From Octopus sinensis (taxonomy: Eukaryota), in contig NC_042999.1 in NCBI RefSeq assembly GCF_006345805.1, positions 150,660,001 to 150,724,000 of the forward strand: a DNA stretch of 64,000 nt. The letters are read 5' to 3'. A program made the position numbers and the translations under genes. Every line of letters starts with the position of its first letter. Within the stretch, counting starts at the first letter, position 1. Below the pieces are notes generated by a model, which did not search any database, had not been told where the DNA came from, and saw only the letters and a program-made list of their open reading frames with translations. Positions 25,708-36,340 of this stretch are shown piece after piece.

Positions 25708-27862
25708 AAGAAAGTTAAGAGTTAAATTGTAGTCAAATATTCGACCAGGTTTGAAAATACTAAACTCTAACCCTATTTGTTTGACATTGTCAATGTCGAA
25801 AATCAGTTATATTTTTACGAATGTCAAGTCGTTAGAATTCGAAGACTTCGTAAGTAATCAATAATATATCTGTAACTATGAATCTTGACCACTTAACTCT
25901 CTCTCATTCATCCTCCCAGCCTGTAAACTGCTACAATTGATTAGACAATTCTCCTTATCATTATCGTCACCCAATCTTACACCTATTCCTCTGTGGGTGT
26001 TTGGTAGGTAAGTACGAGTGTCAACCTTGTAAATATGTCCAATATATAACAGCAACAACAACAACGGGTATGTAGTGAGTATAAGGGGTAACTGACAATT
26101 TCAGACACTCCACCTACATATGTATAAATAATATATCCCATTTTTAGTGGTGTATAAGAAACACATTATTTTTTAATTTTCAAATGCATCAAAAAATTGC
26201 TCTACGTCTACTGAGGCCGCGTAATAGATGGGAAAGTGAATACCGTAGGGTAAGGAGCCAGATGAGCATAAGTCTACAAGGTACTTTTTCCAAACGAGCA
26301 TTCAAAGAACTACTATGTCCACGATGGGAAAATTCGTCGAACCCATTGAAGATGTGCTTTGAGGTAACATTAGCGATTTGGTTGGTGTCAATCAGTATAT
26401 CGTCAAAAATGGTACGATGACTACATTTAAGGATGCTCGTAATAAGATAGTTATGGAGTTCTTAGTAAGTCCAGAGTTTTTCGTGTTGCAGTTGAAGTTG
26501 AGCACGCTTCTGATTTTGTGACCGGAAGCTACGTGTCTTTAGAGCCACGTTAATAGGCATCTCTCAGCTCTCTTATGCAATGCCACGATCTTTTATTTTG
26601 CACATATTTACTTACAAAAATGCACAACAAATTGTATATATAATATATTTTTACACGGCGTTATTAAAAAACACCATCACTGAAGATATTTCTCAAATAT
26701 CTAATACTCATCATCGATTCGACGGAGGACCAATTTTGTAGGCCTTTTGCAGAACCGCTAAGTTACGGAGACGTAAACACACCAGCGCATCGGTTGTCAA
26801 ACGATGATGTGGGGGACAAACACAGACACACAAACATATACATGTGTGTTTACGTCTCCATAACTTAGCGGTTCGGCAAAAGAGACGGATATGATAAGTA
26901 TTATGCTTACAAAGAATAAGTCCTGGGGTCCATTTGTTCGACTAAAGGCGCTACTCCAGCATGGCCGCAGTCAAATAACTGAAACAAATAAAAGAATTCC
27001 TAATAATATTTTCTAATCCCTAAACGGCTATGTGTGTCCAGTAGAGAAAATTAGGGGTCAAAGGGTCCATGGGCAAAAATGGGATTTGGTTTGAGCCAGA
27101 TTCGAACCATCTCACTTGGATTTCCAGCAATGAGCCACACCCTACTCATGCAGCAGTAAAAAGCTATCCGCTTGAGAGAGCAGAATACCTCCGTAGATGT
27201 TTACCCGCCAACCATCATTGACGGACGTCAAAGGAGGGATATGTAAGCTTTCTGCCAGTTTGCGGTTCGAAGATTCTGGAAGGTTTTGCCCAAGGTTATA
27301 TAAACTGGCGATTTGGACCCTCGCTTTGTCACTATATTTCGTGAGATGTGTTCTTACCTCCATCTACTTGTCCTTATGCAACACTCTGGAAATACATGTT
27401 CAACAACGGTTAATGCTCGTATTTTCACGTCGAGATCAATCCATCAGTTTATTCATCTGCTCTATTTTCTCTGATTTATATAATACTGCAAGTCACATGC
27501 AGTATAACAAATTTAAGGAGATCATTGCCTACATCTTCCATGTTGTAAATCTCCAAGGACTACTCACAGACTCAAAGAAATGTATTTCGACGTTATATAA
27601 ACAGACCTTAGTACATATGTAAAAGATATATGTAGTGAAATATAATAATGAATGAAAATATGTATTTATTTGTCTGGTTATTCTTGTCCGTGAATGAAGC
27701 TTCACGTCCAATTGTTTATTATAACTACATAATTATCTCCCATAATTTGCTATGTACGAACGTACGTATGTATGTATGTATGTATGTATGTATGTATGTA
27801 TGTATGTATGTATGTATGTATGTATGTATGTATGTATGTCATTATTCAGTTTTATTTCAAGA

Positions 27863-28164
27863 CTAGCAGTATCGCCCGGCGTTGCTCGGGTTTGCAAGGG
27901 AAATAATTATATAAGCATTTATAGAGAGTTACTTCCCTTATATAAACCGAGCGAAAATGCATTAAAAATGCGGAAAAATTATGGTAATTTTTTTTAAAAT
28001 CGTAGACTCATCGTAGACGCGCACTAATACCCAGAAGGGCTCGATATGAATCACGACTATAAGATACCCGCGTTTGGTTTAACTGCACCGCAAAATGTGG
28101 GAGTAGTTAGGAATCTAAATCGTAGGAGACAGACAGCACACAACCTCACTTTTATATATAAAGA
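27863..28164 (-). mobile_element. Non-autonomous Helitron, copy 1 (302 bp)
   Basis: Minus strand 5' TC, 3' hairpin cccgagcaacgccggg then CTAG; inserted between A and T with no TSD. Confidence 0.85.
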
Positions 28165-28328
28165 TTTCTTGCCAATAGAGAAAGAGCTGGTTTCTAACTT
28201 AGATCCAAGGTTCCTTCATTGGAATTTCAACATTAACAACAGGGTATTTTTGTATGTATGTATGTATGTATGTATGTATGTATGTATGTATGTATGTATG
28301 TATGTATGTATGTATGTATGTATGTATG

Positions 28329-28519
28329 AAGGCAGCACCTGTGAAGGGATTACCTGATATGTATGTATGAATGTATACGTGCAGATTCGCACAGATTTTT
28401 ACAGCTCCAGTGATGGATTGGATCTGAAGTCTTTGAACCAACTCTCTCATTTCCAATTTATCAAGATTGGTATTTAGACAGTGAGTTACATATCTCAATG
28501 CTCCCCAAATTACATATTT
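28329..28519 (-). mobile_element. 3' tip of an RLE-type (R4/Dong/NeSL-like) LINE embedded in (TACA)n
   Basis: Minus translation [42 protein letters not shown] resembles the post-RLE C-terminus (VIxGALG...LQ..I.G..KI); (TATG)n on both sides. Confidence 0.62.
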
Positions 28520-28964
28520 GTATGTATGTATGTATGTATGTATGTATGTATGTATGTATGTATGTATGTATGTATGTATGTATGTACAGACAAACTGCTT
28601 TCTATATAAGATACTGAAAACCTTCACTCCGATGTAATAAGTACGTGGGTTTGTGTGTTTCTATTTGCGAATGATATTTAACATTTAACAACCAGCCTGC
28701 TGTTAGCTTGTTTATGATTCACATTTAGCATAAGAGTGAAAACTGGTGTTGTTGTTTAGTTCTAGGTCAGTCTTGACTGTACACGCATGTATGATCAAAG
28801 GTTTTCTACCCAACCGACTCACATGTTGTTTTGGAAACAGGACGGTTTGATTCGAGGAATATACGGTGCTACTCCAGCTGATCAGCGACCACATAAACGG
28901 TCCCACGTTACACTAAAGGCTGGTTCACCCTTCACACATACACACTCACTCACACACACATACT

Positions 28965-29130
28965 TATAGGTGCCACTTTAGCGTTCGATCGAACCGACCA
29001 TTTACACTTTAGCGTGCAGTTTAACCCTAAAGCCTAAACTTAAGACCTAAACCTTAATCCTAATCATAATCCAGATCAGGTCATTTCACAGCGTAGACCA
29101 TATATACTGCAGTAGATCGCACCCTAAAGA
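28965..29130. mobile_element. Small MITE with internal degenerate (CCTAAN)n
   Basis: Imperfect TIR taggtgccactttagcgttcgatc / gatcgcaccctaaagaagcgcctgta; internal ccctaaagcctaaacttaagacctaaaccttaatcctaatc. Confidence 0.5.
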
Positions 29131-29169
29131 AGCGCCTGTATATATATATATTTATACACACACACACAA

Positions 29170-29384
29170 AGATAGATATGACTGGTTTATGGGGTTACCC
29201 GGGGTTTCACGTCCATAGAGCGCTTAGCTTTACAGCGTTTCTTCAGACCCTAAGCCTCACCAGATAAACCATTTGCTAAAGGGGCCATAGGCCAACGGGT
29301 TTAGGGTCTGAAGAAGCGCTGTTATGCTAAGTGCTTTATAGTCGTGAAACCCCGGGTAATCTCATAAACCGGGCATATCTATCT
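29170..29384. mobile_element. Foldback MITE, about 85-bp arms
   Basis: agatagatatgactggtttatggggttacccggggtttcacg...cagaccctaagcc / gggtttagggtctg...cgtgaaaccccgggtaatctcataaaccgggcatatctatct. Confidence 0.8.
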
Positions 29385-29519
29385 TTATCTATATACTCTA
29401 CTGCTCTATAACTTAGAGTCTGCTTCTCTTTCGGATTTATGAGTTACTGAAGATGTATATATGTATGTATATATACATATATATATATAAGGAATCAACG
29501 ATTATCGTATGAACTTCCT

Positions 29520-29600
29520 AGCTTACAGCTGTTTCTGCTATAGGATGCAGTGGACTCATTGCTGAGTGTTTGAGTAAAGCCTTATAGCTTCATCGGAGCC
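29520..29600 (-). ncRNA. Type-I hammerhead-like motif with extended stem II
   Basis: Minus: GGCT-CCGATGA-A-GCTATA-(about 40-nt loop)-TATAGC-A-GAAA-C-AGCT-GTA|AGCT; the core differs from CUGAUGA only at U4>C. Confidence 0.65.
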
Positions 29601-30300
29601 TTAGATATGAAGTATAATTTATTTGAATTACATTTAAGCACATATACACGAAAAAGCATTACCAATAAATATATATGAGGGACTTCTTTCAGTTTCCATT
29701 TACCAAATCTACTCGCAAGGCTTTGGTCAACCCATAGCTATAGTAGAGGACACTTGGCCAAAGTGTCACGTAGTGGGATTGAACCCGGAACCAATTGGTT
29801 GGGAAGCAAGCTTCTTACCGCATAGCTGTGCCTGCACCAATTTCTCTCTCTCTCTCTCTCTCTCTCTCTTTCGATCTATCTATAGTGGTGGATCTCGGTC
29901 GTTCTACGACGAGGATTCAGTTGTTCGATCAACTGAGTTACCTGCTCCTGAATTAATGTGTAAGTGGCTGAGATAACCGCAGACATGTATACCTGCCTGT
30001 TCGCAGACAGAATCAGCACAGCAAGGTGTGTAACGAGGCTGTGTCATTTAAATTACGGGTACAATCTAACCGACAGTCTCCTATGCATTTCCCGTCCACC
30101 CAGTTTCACTGACAAGGAATGGGACAACCAACATCTATAGATAATGACATTTGCGCAAGATACCAGACAACGGGGTTCGAACCTGGAACCTAGAGGGTGC
30201 GGAGCGAATTTCTTAACCGTTTCGCCATACTGAGCTTTCTTTCACACACACGCGCGCGCGCGCACATACACGCACACACACACACATACACACACACACA

Positions 30301-30384
<84 letters not shown>

Positions 30385-30768
30385 CATTCACATTAACACA
30401 CGCACGTAGTTTATTACAGTGTTGAGATTACTTTGTTGCTACTCAAAGTTCCGCGTTCCATGACGCTTCGCTAAGTATGCGAGAAAAAGCTCTCTCTGTT
30501 TCTGTCTTTCCCCTCTCTCTCTTTTACTCTATCTGCCATTAATTAGCAAAGCCTCAGATAACTAACCTCTGTACAAGAGCAATAATAAATTCGATGCGCG
30601 AGTGCATGTGTGTGTATGACTAAGTATAAGATTAGGGGAACTATATTCGGTTCACTACCAAGAGGATCCAGGTTCGAGTATCGTTAGGGTCAAGCGAAAT
30701 CATAATTATATATATGTATATACATATACATACATACACACACACACACACACATATATATATACATA

Positions 30769-31030
30769 GGCGTGGCCATGTAGCTTGCTTCCAAACCATA
30801 TGGTCCCGGGTTCAGTCCCAATGCGTGACACCTTGGGCAAGTGTCTTCTATTATAGCCTCGGTCCGACCAAAACCTTGTGAGTAGATCTGGTAGATGGAA
30901 AACGAAAGAAGCCTATCTCCGCTCCAAACGTTAAATTCTCCTTCCTTCTTTCCTTTCCTGAGCGTCCAATAGCACTATACCTGTTCCACGTCCTCGTGTT
31001 GTTGTGTTTTCTCTTTGTTCATGTTTGTTT

Positions 31031-31067
<37 letters not shown>

Positions 31068-31280
31068 TGTGTGTTTGTGTGTCTCTGTTTGCCTTCCCAC
31101 TATCGCTTGACAACTGTTGTTGGTGGGTTTACGTCCGCGTAACCTAGCGGTTCGGCTTAAGAGAGCAATAGAATAAGTACTAGGCTTACAAAGAATATGA
31201 CCTGGAGTAGATTTGTTTGACTAAAGGCGGTGCTCCAGCATGGCCGCAGTCAAATGACTGAAACAAGTAAAAGATAAAAG
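30769..31280 (+). mobile_element. CORE-type SINE carrying a 120-bp insertion (30915-31033) at its internal TA tract
   Basis: The SINE body resumes after (TA)n; the insert matches the 3' part of the 31300-31497 element. Confidence 0.8.
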
Positions 31281-31299
31281 AATGTAGCTACATGTACAT

Positions 31300-31495
31300 T
31301 GTTGGCGATTTTTTCCCTCCGTCTTTCTTTTCTTTTGGACTCTCCGCTGCCTCCTGTTTCTGAAGAAGAGTTTTGCTCGAAACATAAAACTAACTTTCTT
31401 TCCTTTCCTGAGCGTCTGTTAGTACTTTGCGTGTACCACGTCCTCACGTTGTTGTTTTTTCTTATCTTTTTCCTTTGTATTTTTGGGGGTGGGGG

Positions 31496-31497
<2 letters not shown>
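31300..31497 (+). mobile_element. TA-adjacent short element with canonical-core hammerhead-like motif (31356-31390)
   Basis: GTTT-CTGAAGA-A-GAG-ttttg-CTC-GAAA-CATA|AAAC, then ttcctgagcgtc; abuts (TA)n at 31498. Confidence 0.68.
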
Positions 31498-31549
<52 letters not shown>

Positions 31550-32145
31550 AATACTCGAAATACAAGACAAGAAAAACAATGAACAACTGATGAAAGGTCG
31601 TTCTTTATGTTGCTTGTTTTGTTTTCCATTTGTGTCTTTCGTTGTTGGAAAGAATAGTTCATGTTCCATGTACTCGTGCTTCGTACTTTTTTGTTGTACA
31701 CATTTCGGGACGTCCTGTGCTTACATTGATATATACATATATATACGCATAAGCATAGATATATACGTATAGATGTTGTTATACATACATACATACATAC
31801 ATACATACATACATACATACATACATACATACATACATACATACAAGCATATGTAATGATAATAATGGGTGGATGTAAACACATGAACAAAATAAGAATA
31901 AACAAAAACAACAAAAACAAAAAATAAAATACAAAATACAAATTACATGAACATATAAAATTACAAATTACATGAACATATATAAACAGAAGATACAAAT
32001 ATTACAGGCATCCCCCACATACACACACTAAATAAACATAAACGCACATAGAGATATAAGCATGCGCAAATGAAGACATACAATAGAAATACAAAATGGC
32101 TGACGGTTAGTAAGGAGAGACACAAATAAGTAAGAAGAAAACAAA

Positions 32146-32190
32146 GGACCACTGATGCGGTCACAGGAGTGTGACGAAAGAACTCTGGCC
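32146..32190 (+). ncRNA. Minimal type-I hammerhead-like motif
   Basis: GGACCA-CTGATGC-G-GTCAC-aggagt-GTGAC-GAAA-GAA-CTC|TGGCC; the single core deviation is A9>C. Confidence 0.68.
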
Positions 32191-32350
32191 GAAATAAGAT
32201 TAAGATTAATGTAAAAAATAAATAACACTGAAGCAAAGTAACACCAAATATATAGTGCGTGTGTTTTTATTGGCTAAACTGGCAAAATGACCATTCCTAA
32301 ATACAACAATATATATAATTCATATTATATATATACATATATATACATAC

Positions 32351-32438
<88 letters not shown>

Positions 32439-32764
32439 CCATTTAATAAATATGTCCATTTTCCATACTGACATATTTATTAATAACTCGAAGTGTGGCT
32501 CATCGGGAATAGACGAAAGTGTTTCGTTTTTTTTTTCACTCCCTCGCGCATATGTTTATATTCTCTTCCATACCAGCTACCTCTGATGACCGTAGAGTTA
32601 TATAATTGGATTGTTACCTAACACTCTGTTGTATTCTTTACGCAAAACTGATTGGTATGACCAGCCGTGATGGATACTTAACAATAAAATTCGGATAATA
32701 TATATATAGGTTTGATAAGTGTTATCGCACGGTACTCTCTGCCCTTGGGTCGCTCTGTTGCTTC

Positions 32765-32836
<72 letters not shown>

Positions 32837-32878
32837 TTTGTAGCCATGCTGGAGCACTGCCATTTAGCTATACTGTTA

Positions 32879-33488
32879 TTACTGAGAGCTTCCTCTAATA
32901 TGTGACATTTGATAAAGAATGGAGTTTGATGGAGCTACCCTCATTTGCACCTCTTGCCGTGAGGTAGGTTCATCTGGGACTCTCGACAGGAAGGGGTCCA
33001 GCCTTAATTTAAAAACATCTGCATCTACTTTGTGGAAGTTCCTCAGGCTCTTCGGGAGAATATTAAAAAGCTGTGAGTCCCCGAAACCCAGGATGTTGCA
33101 GTAACTGGTCCTGAAGCGCGATGGCATTGCTTGGATCTTTGGCATTGTGCAGTGTCGACCCATTCTGGCATTGATGTAGCTTTCACTGCCAAATTTTGGC
33201 ACAATTCCTTCCAGGATCTTCCAGATGTATATTACTGCATACCTCTTCCACCTTGGCTCCAGTGAGTACAGTCTTAGCTGTTTCAGCCTTTACCAATAAA
33301 TAGCTGAGCCGTTGCAAAGAGATAATCTTCTGCGTGAAGTTTGGCTAGATTGCGTCAAGGTCCGCTGTTAATTTTACACTGTTGGGTGACCATAGATGGG
33401 GGCAGTAATCCAGGCGGCTGAGGATGAGTGTCTTCCAGAGGGTAATCATGGTTTCCTTATCTCTGGTTCTGAATGTTCTCAGGATCCA
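32879..33488 (-). mobile_element. CR1-group LINE 3' remnant (post-RT C-terminus)
   Basis: TLILSRLDYCPHLWSP...YSLEPRWKRYAVIYIWKILEG...QLFNILPKSLRN...FKLRLDPFLSRVPDEP...SNSI with a stop and a frameshift; 5' end abuts a SINE. Confidence 0.8.
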
Positions 33489-33494
33489 TATATA

Positions 33495-33949
33495 GGCGCA
33501 GGAGCGTTGAGTGGTAAGAAGCTTGCTTCCCAATGACATGGTTCCGGATTCAGTCCCACTGAGTGGCATCTTGGGCAAGTGTCTTCTCCTATAGCTTCGG
33601 GCTGACCAAAGCCTTGTGAGTGGATTTGGTAGACGGAAACTGAAAGAAGCCTGTCGTATATATATATACATGTATGTATATATATATATGTGTGTGTGTG
33701 TGTGAGTGTGTGTGTGTGTATGTATGTACATATGCATGTATTTGTTATATGTGTCTGTGTTTGTTCCCCTCCACCATCACTTGACAACCGATGTTGGTGT
33801 GTTTATGTCCCAATAACAAAGCGGTTCGGCAAAAAGAGACCGATAGAATAAGTACTAGGCTTACAAAGAATAAGTCCTAGGGTCGATTTGTTCGACTAAA
33901 GGTGGCACTCCAGCATCGCCGCAGTCAAATGACTGAAACAAACAAAAGA
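33495..33949 (+). mobile_element. CORE-type (OR-like) SINE, full length
   Basis: ggcgcaggag head through gcagtcaaatgactgaaac tail. Confidence 0.9.
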
Positions 33950-33969
33950 TTATATATATATTCTACTAA

Positions 33970-34033
<64 letters not shown>

Positions 34034-34287
34034 ATTTTTGCCCATATGTCTTAAGGATTGTGTGTATTGTTCTATCTTCGGAAGGCATATATAAGCCTGT
34101 AAATGTAGGCATGTTGCCGAGTGAAAATTTCCTCACCGCCGAATATACTCAATTGGTGTTGCGTGATTGTCCTTCATAAGGATTCTAATTCTGGCAAGGG
34201 CAATACTTCTATCAGAGTTCCTAGGTCATGGTTATGTTTTTGTTGCACATACGCACATAAGTGTGTGTGTGTGTGTGTATAAATATA

Positions 34288-34652
34288 CGCGTGGCTTGCT
34301 TCCCAACCACATGGTTCCGGGTTCAGCCCCACTACGTGGTACCTTAGGCGTATATCTTCTGCCATAGCTTCGGGTGAATTAAAGCCTTCTGAGTGGATAT
34401 GGTAGACAGTAACTGAAAGAAGTCTGTAATGTACACACACACACACACATGTATGTGTGTGTTCCCCTCACCGCTTGACAAACAGTGCTGGTGTGTTTAC
34501 AGCCCCCGTAACTTAGCAATTCAGCAAATAGACCGACAGAATAAGCATCATGCTTTAAAAAATATTAAGTACTGTGGTCGATTCATATGACTAAATTCTT
34601 CAAGGCGATGCCCAAACATGCCTGCAGTGTTATGAGTGAAACAAATAAAAGA
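34288..34652 (+). mobile_element. CORE-type SINE, decayed
   Basis: Same modules, more substitutions. Confidence 0.75.
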
Positions 34653-34667
34653 TAATATATATATATA

Positions 34668-34832
34668 GGCGCAGGAGTGGCTGTGTGGTAAGTAGCTTGC
34701 TAACCAACCACATGGTTCCGGGTTCAGTCCCACTGCGTGGCACCTTGGGCAAGTGTCTTCTGCTATAGCCCCGGGCCGACCAATGCCTTGTGAGTGGATT
34801 TGGTAGACGGAAACTGAAAGTAGCCTGTCGTA

Positions 34833-34885
<53 letters not shown>

Positions 34886-35145
34886 TATATATATTATATA
34901 TATATATAAATATATATGTGTGTGTGTGTGTGTGTTTGTGTGTCTGTGTTTGTCCCCCTAGCATTACTTGACAACCGATGCTGGTGTGTTTATGTCCCCG
35001 TTACTTAGCGGTTCGGCAGAAGAGACCGATATAATAAGTACTGGGCTTACAAAAGAATAAGTCCCGGGGTCGAGTTGCTCGATTAAAGGCGGTGCTCCAG
35101 CATGGCCGCAGTCAAATGACTGAAACAAGTAAACGAGAGTAAAAG

Positions 35146-35147
<2 letters not shown>
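34668..35147 (+). mobile_element. CORE-type (OR-like) SINE, young full-length copy
   Basis: Near-identical to 4466-4873. Confidence 0.9.
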
Positions 35148-35180
<33 letters not shown>

Positions 35181-35236
35181 ATATTCTCTTATATGTTTCA
35201 GTCCAATGACTGTGGCCATGCTGGAGCACCACCATT

Positions 35237-35481
35237 AAATAAATGCGCCCTTTTAAAGCCTAGACAGGCTCATGGGCCCGGTTTCCCGGTTTCTATGGCG
35301 TATGTGTTCCCCAGCTGGACGGGACTCCAGTCCATCGCAGCGTTACTCATTTTTGCCAGCTGAGTGGACTGGAGCAACGTGAAATGAAGTGTTTTGCTCA
35401 AGAACACAACGCGTCGCCCGGTCCAGGAATCGAAACCACAATCTTACGATCATGATGCTGACATCTTAACCACTAAGCCAT
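35237..35481 (-). mobile_element. Third tRNA-derived SINE family (CORE/Meta-like centre, V-domain-like 3' part)
   Basis: Minus: tggcttagtggttaag...ggtttcgattcctggacc...gttgtgttcttgagcaaaacacttc...ctgcgatggactggagtcccgtccagc. Confidence 0.75.
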
Positions 35482-35802
35482 ATATGCGGCCATGCTAGAC
35501 ACAACCTTAAAATTTTTTAGTCAAACAAATCGACACCAAGCCTGGTAACTTTCGAACTGTTAATTTACGGAGACGTAAACAAACCAACACTGGTTGTCAA
35601 GTGGGACACGCGCGCGCACGATTAAACATCGCAGTAGCAATGATTTTGCGTTTGTGGGCTTTTAGTTTTTGTTCAGCAGACGAGCTGGATTCGTTAAATT
35701 TGACAGGAAACCGAAAATGTTTTTATTTTTGTTTTAAATCCTTTGGCTTTTACCGCTGAACACGAGAGAAGATAGAGGGAAACTTCAAAAAGTGTTGTGA
35801 TT

Positions 35803-35804
<2 letters not shown>

Positions 35805-35843
<39 letters not shown>

Positions 35844-36340
35844 AGAGAGGGAAGAATGAGAGAAAGTAGATGAGATAGTAGGAAAGTAGAGAGAGGGAGA
35901 AAGAGAGAGGGAGAGAGAGAAAAAGAATGAGAGAAAGTAGATGAGACAGTAGGAAAGTAGAGAGAGAGAAAAAGAGAGAGGGAGGGAAAGAGAGAAGAAT
36001 GAGAGAAAGTAGATGAGACAGTAGGAAAGTAGAGAGAGAGAGAAAGTAGATGAGACAGTAGGAAAGTAGAGAGAGAGAGAAAGTAGATGAGACAGTAGGA
36101 AAGTAGAGAGAGAGAGAAAGAGAGAGAAGAATGAGAGAAAGTAGATGAGACAGTAGGAAAGTAGAGAGAGAGAAAAAGAGAGAGGGAGGGAAAGAGAGAA
36201 GAATGAGAGAAAGTAGATGAGACAGTAGGAAAGTAGAGAGAGAGAAAAAGAGAGAGGGAGGGAAAGAGAGAAGAATGAGAGAAAGTAGATGAGACAGTAG
36301 GAAAGTAGGGAGAGAGTGGGAGACAGAGAGAAAGAGAGAG
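35805..36340. repeat. Polypurine minisatellite (about 32-bp gaaagtagatgagacagtaggaaagtagagaga core within about 70-bp units)
   Basis: Direct reading; the plus strand is almost all A/G. Confidence 0.92.

Noticed and set aside
29030-29075. Telomere-like CCTAA repeats
   Set aside because: Degenerate, and internal to a small TIR element; not an interstitial (TTAGGG)n array
31595-31625. CTGATGA followed by a short stem
   Set aside because: No GAAA or NUH downstream, so it is not a complete hammerhead
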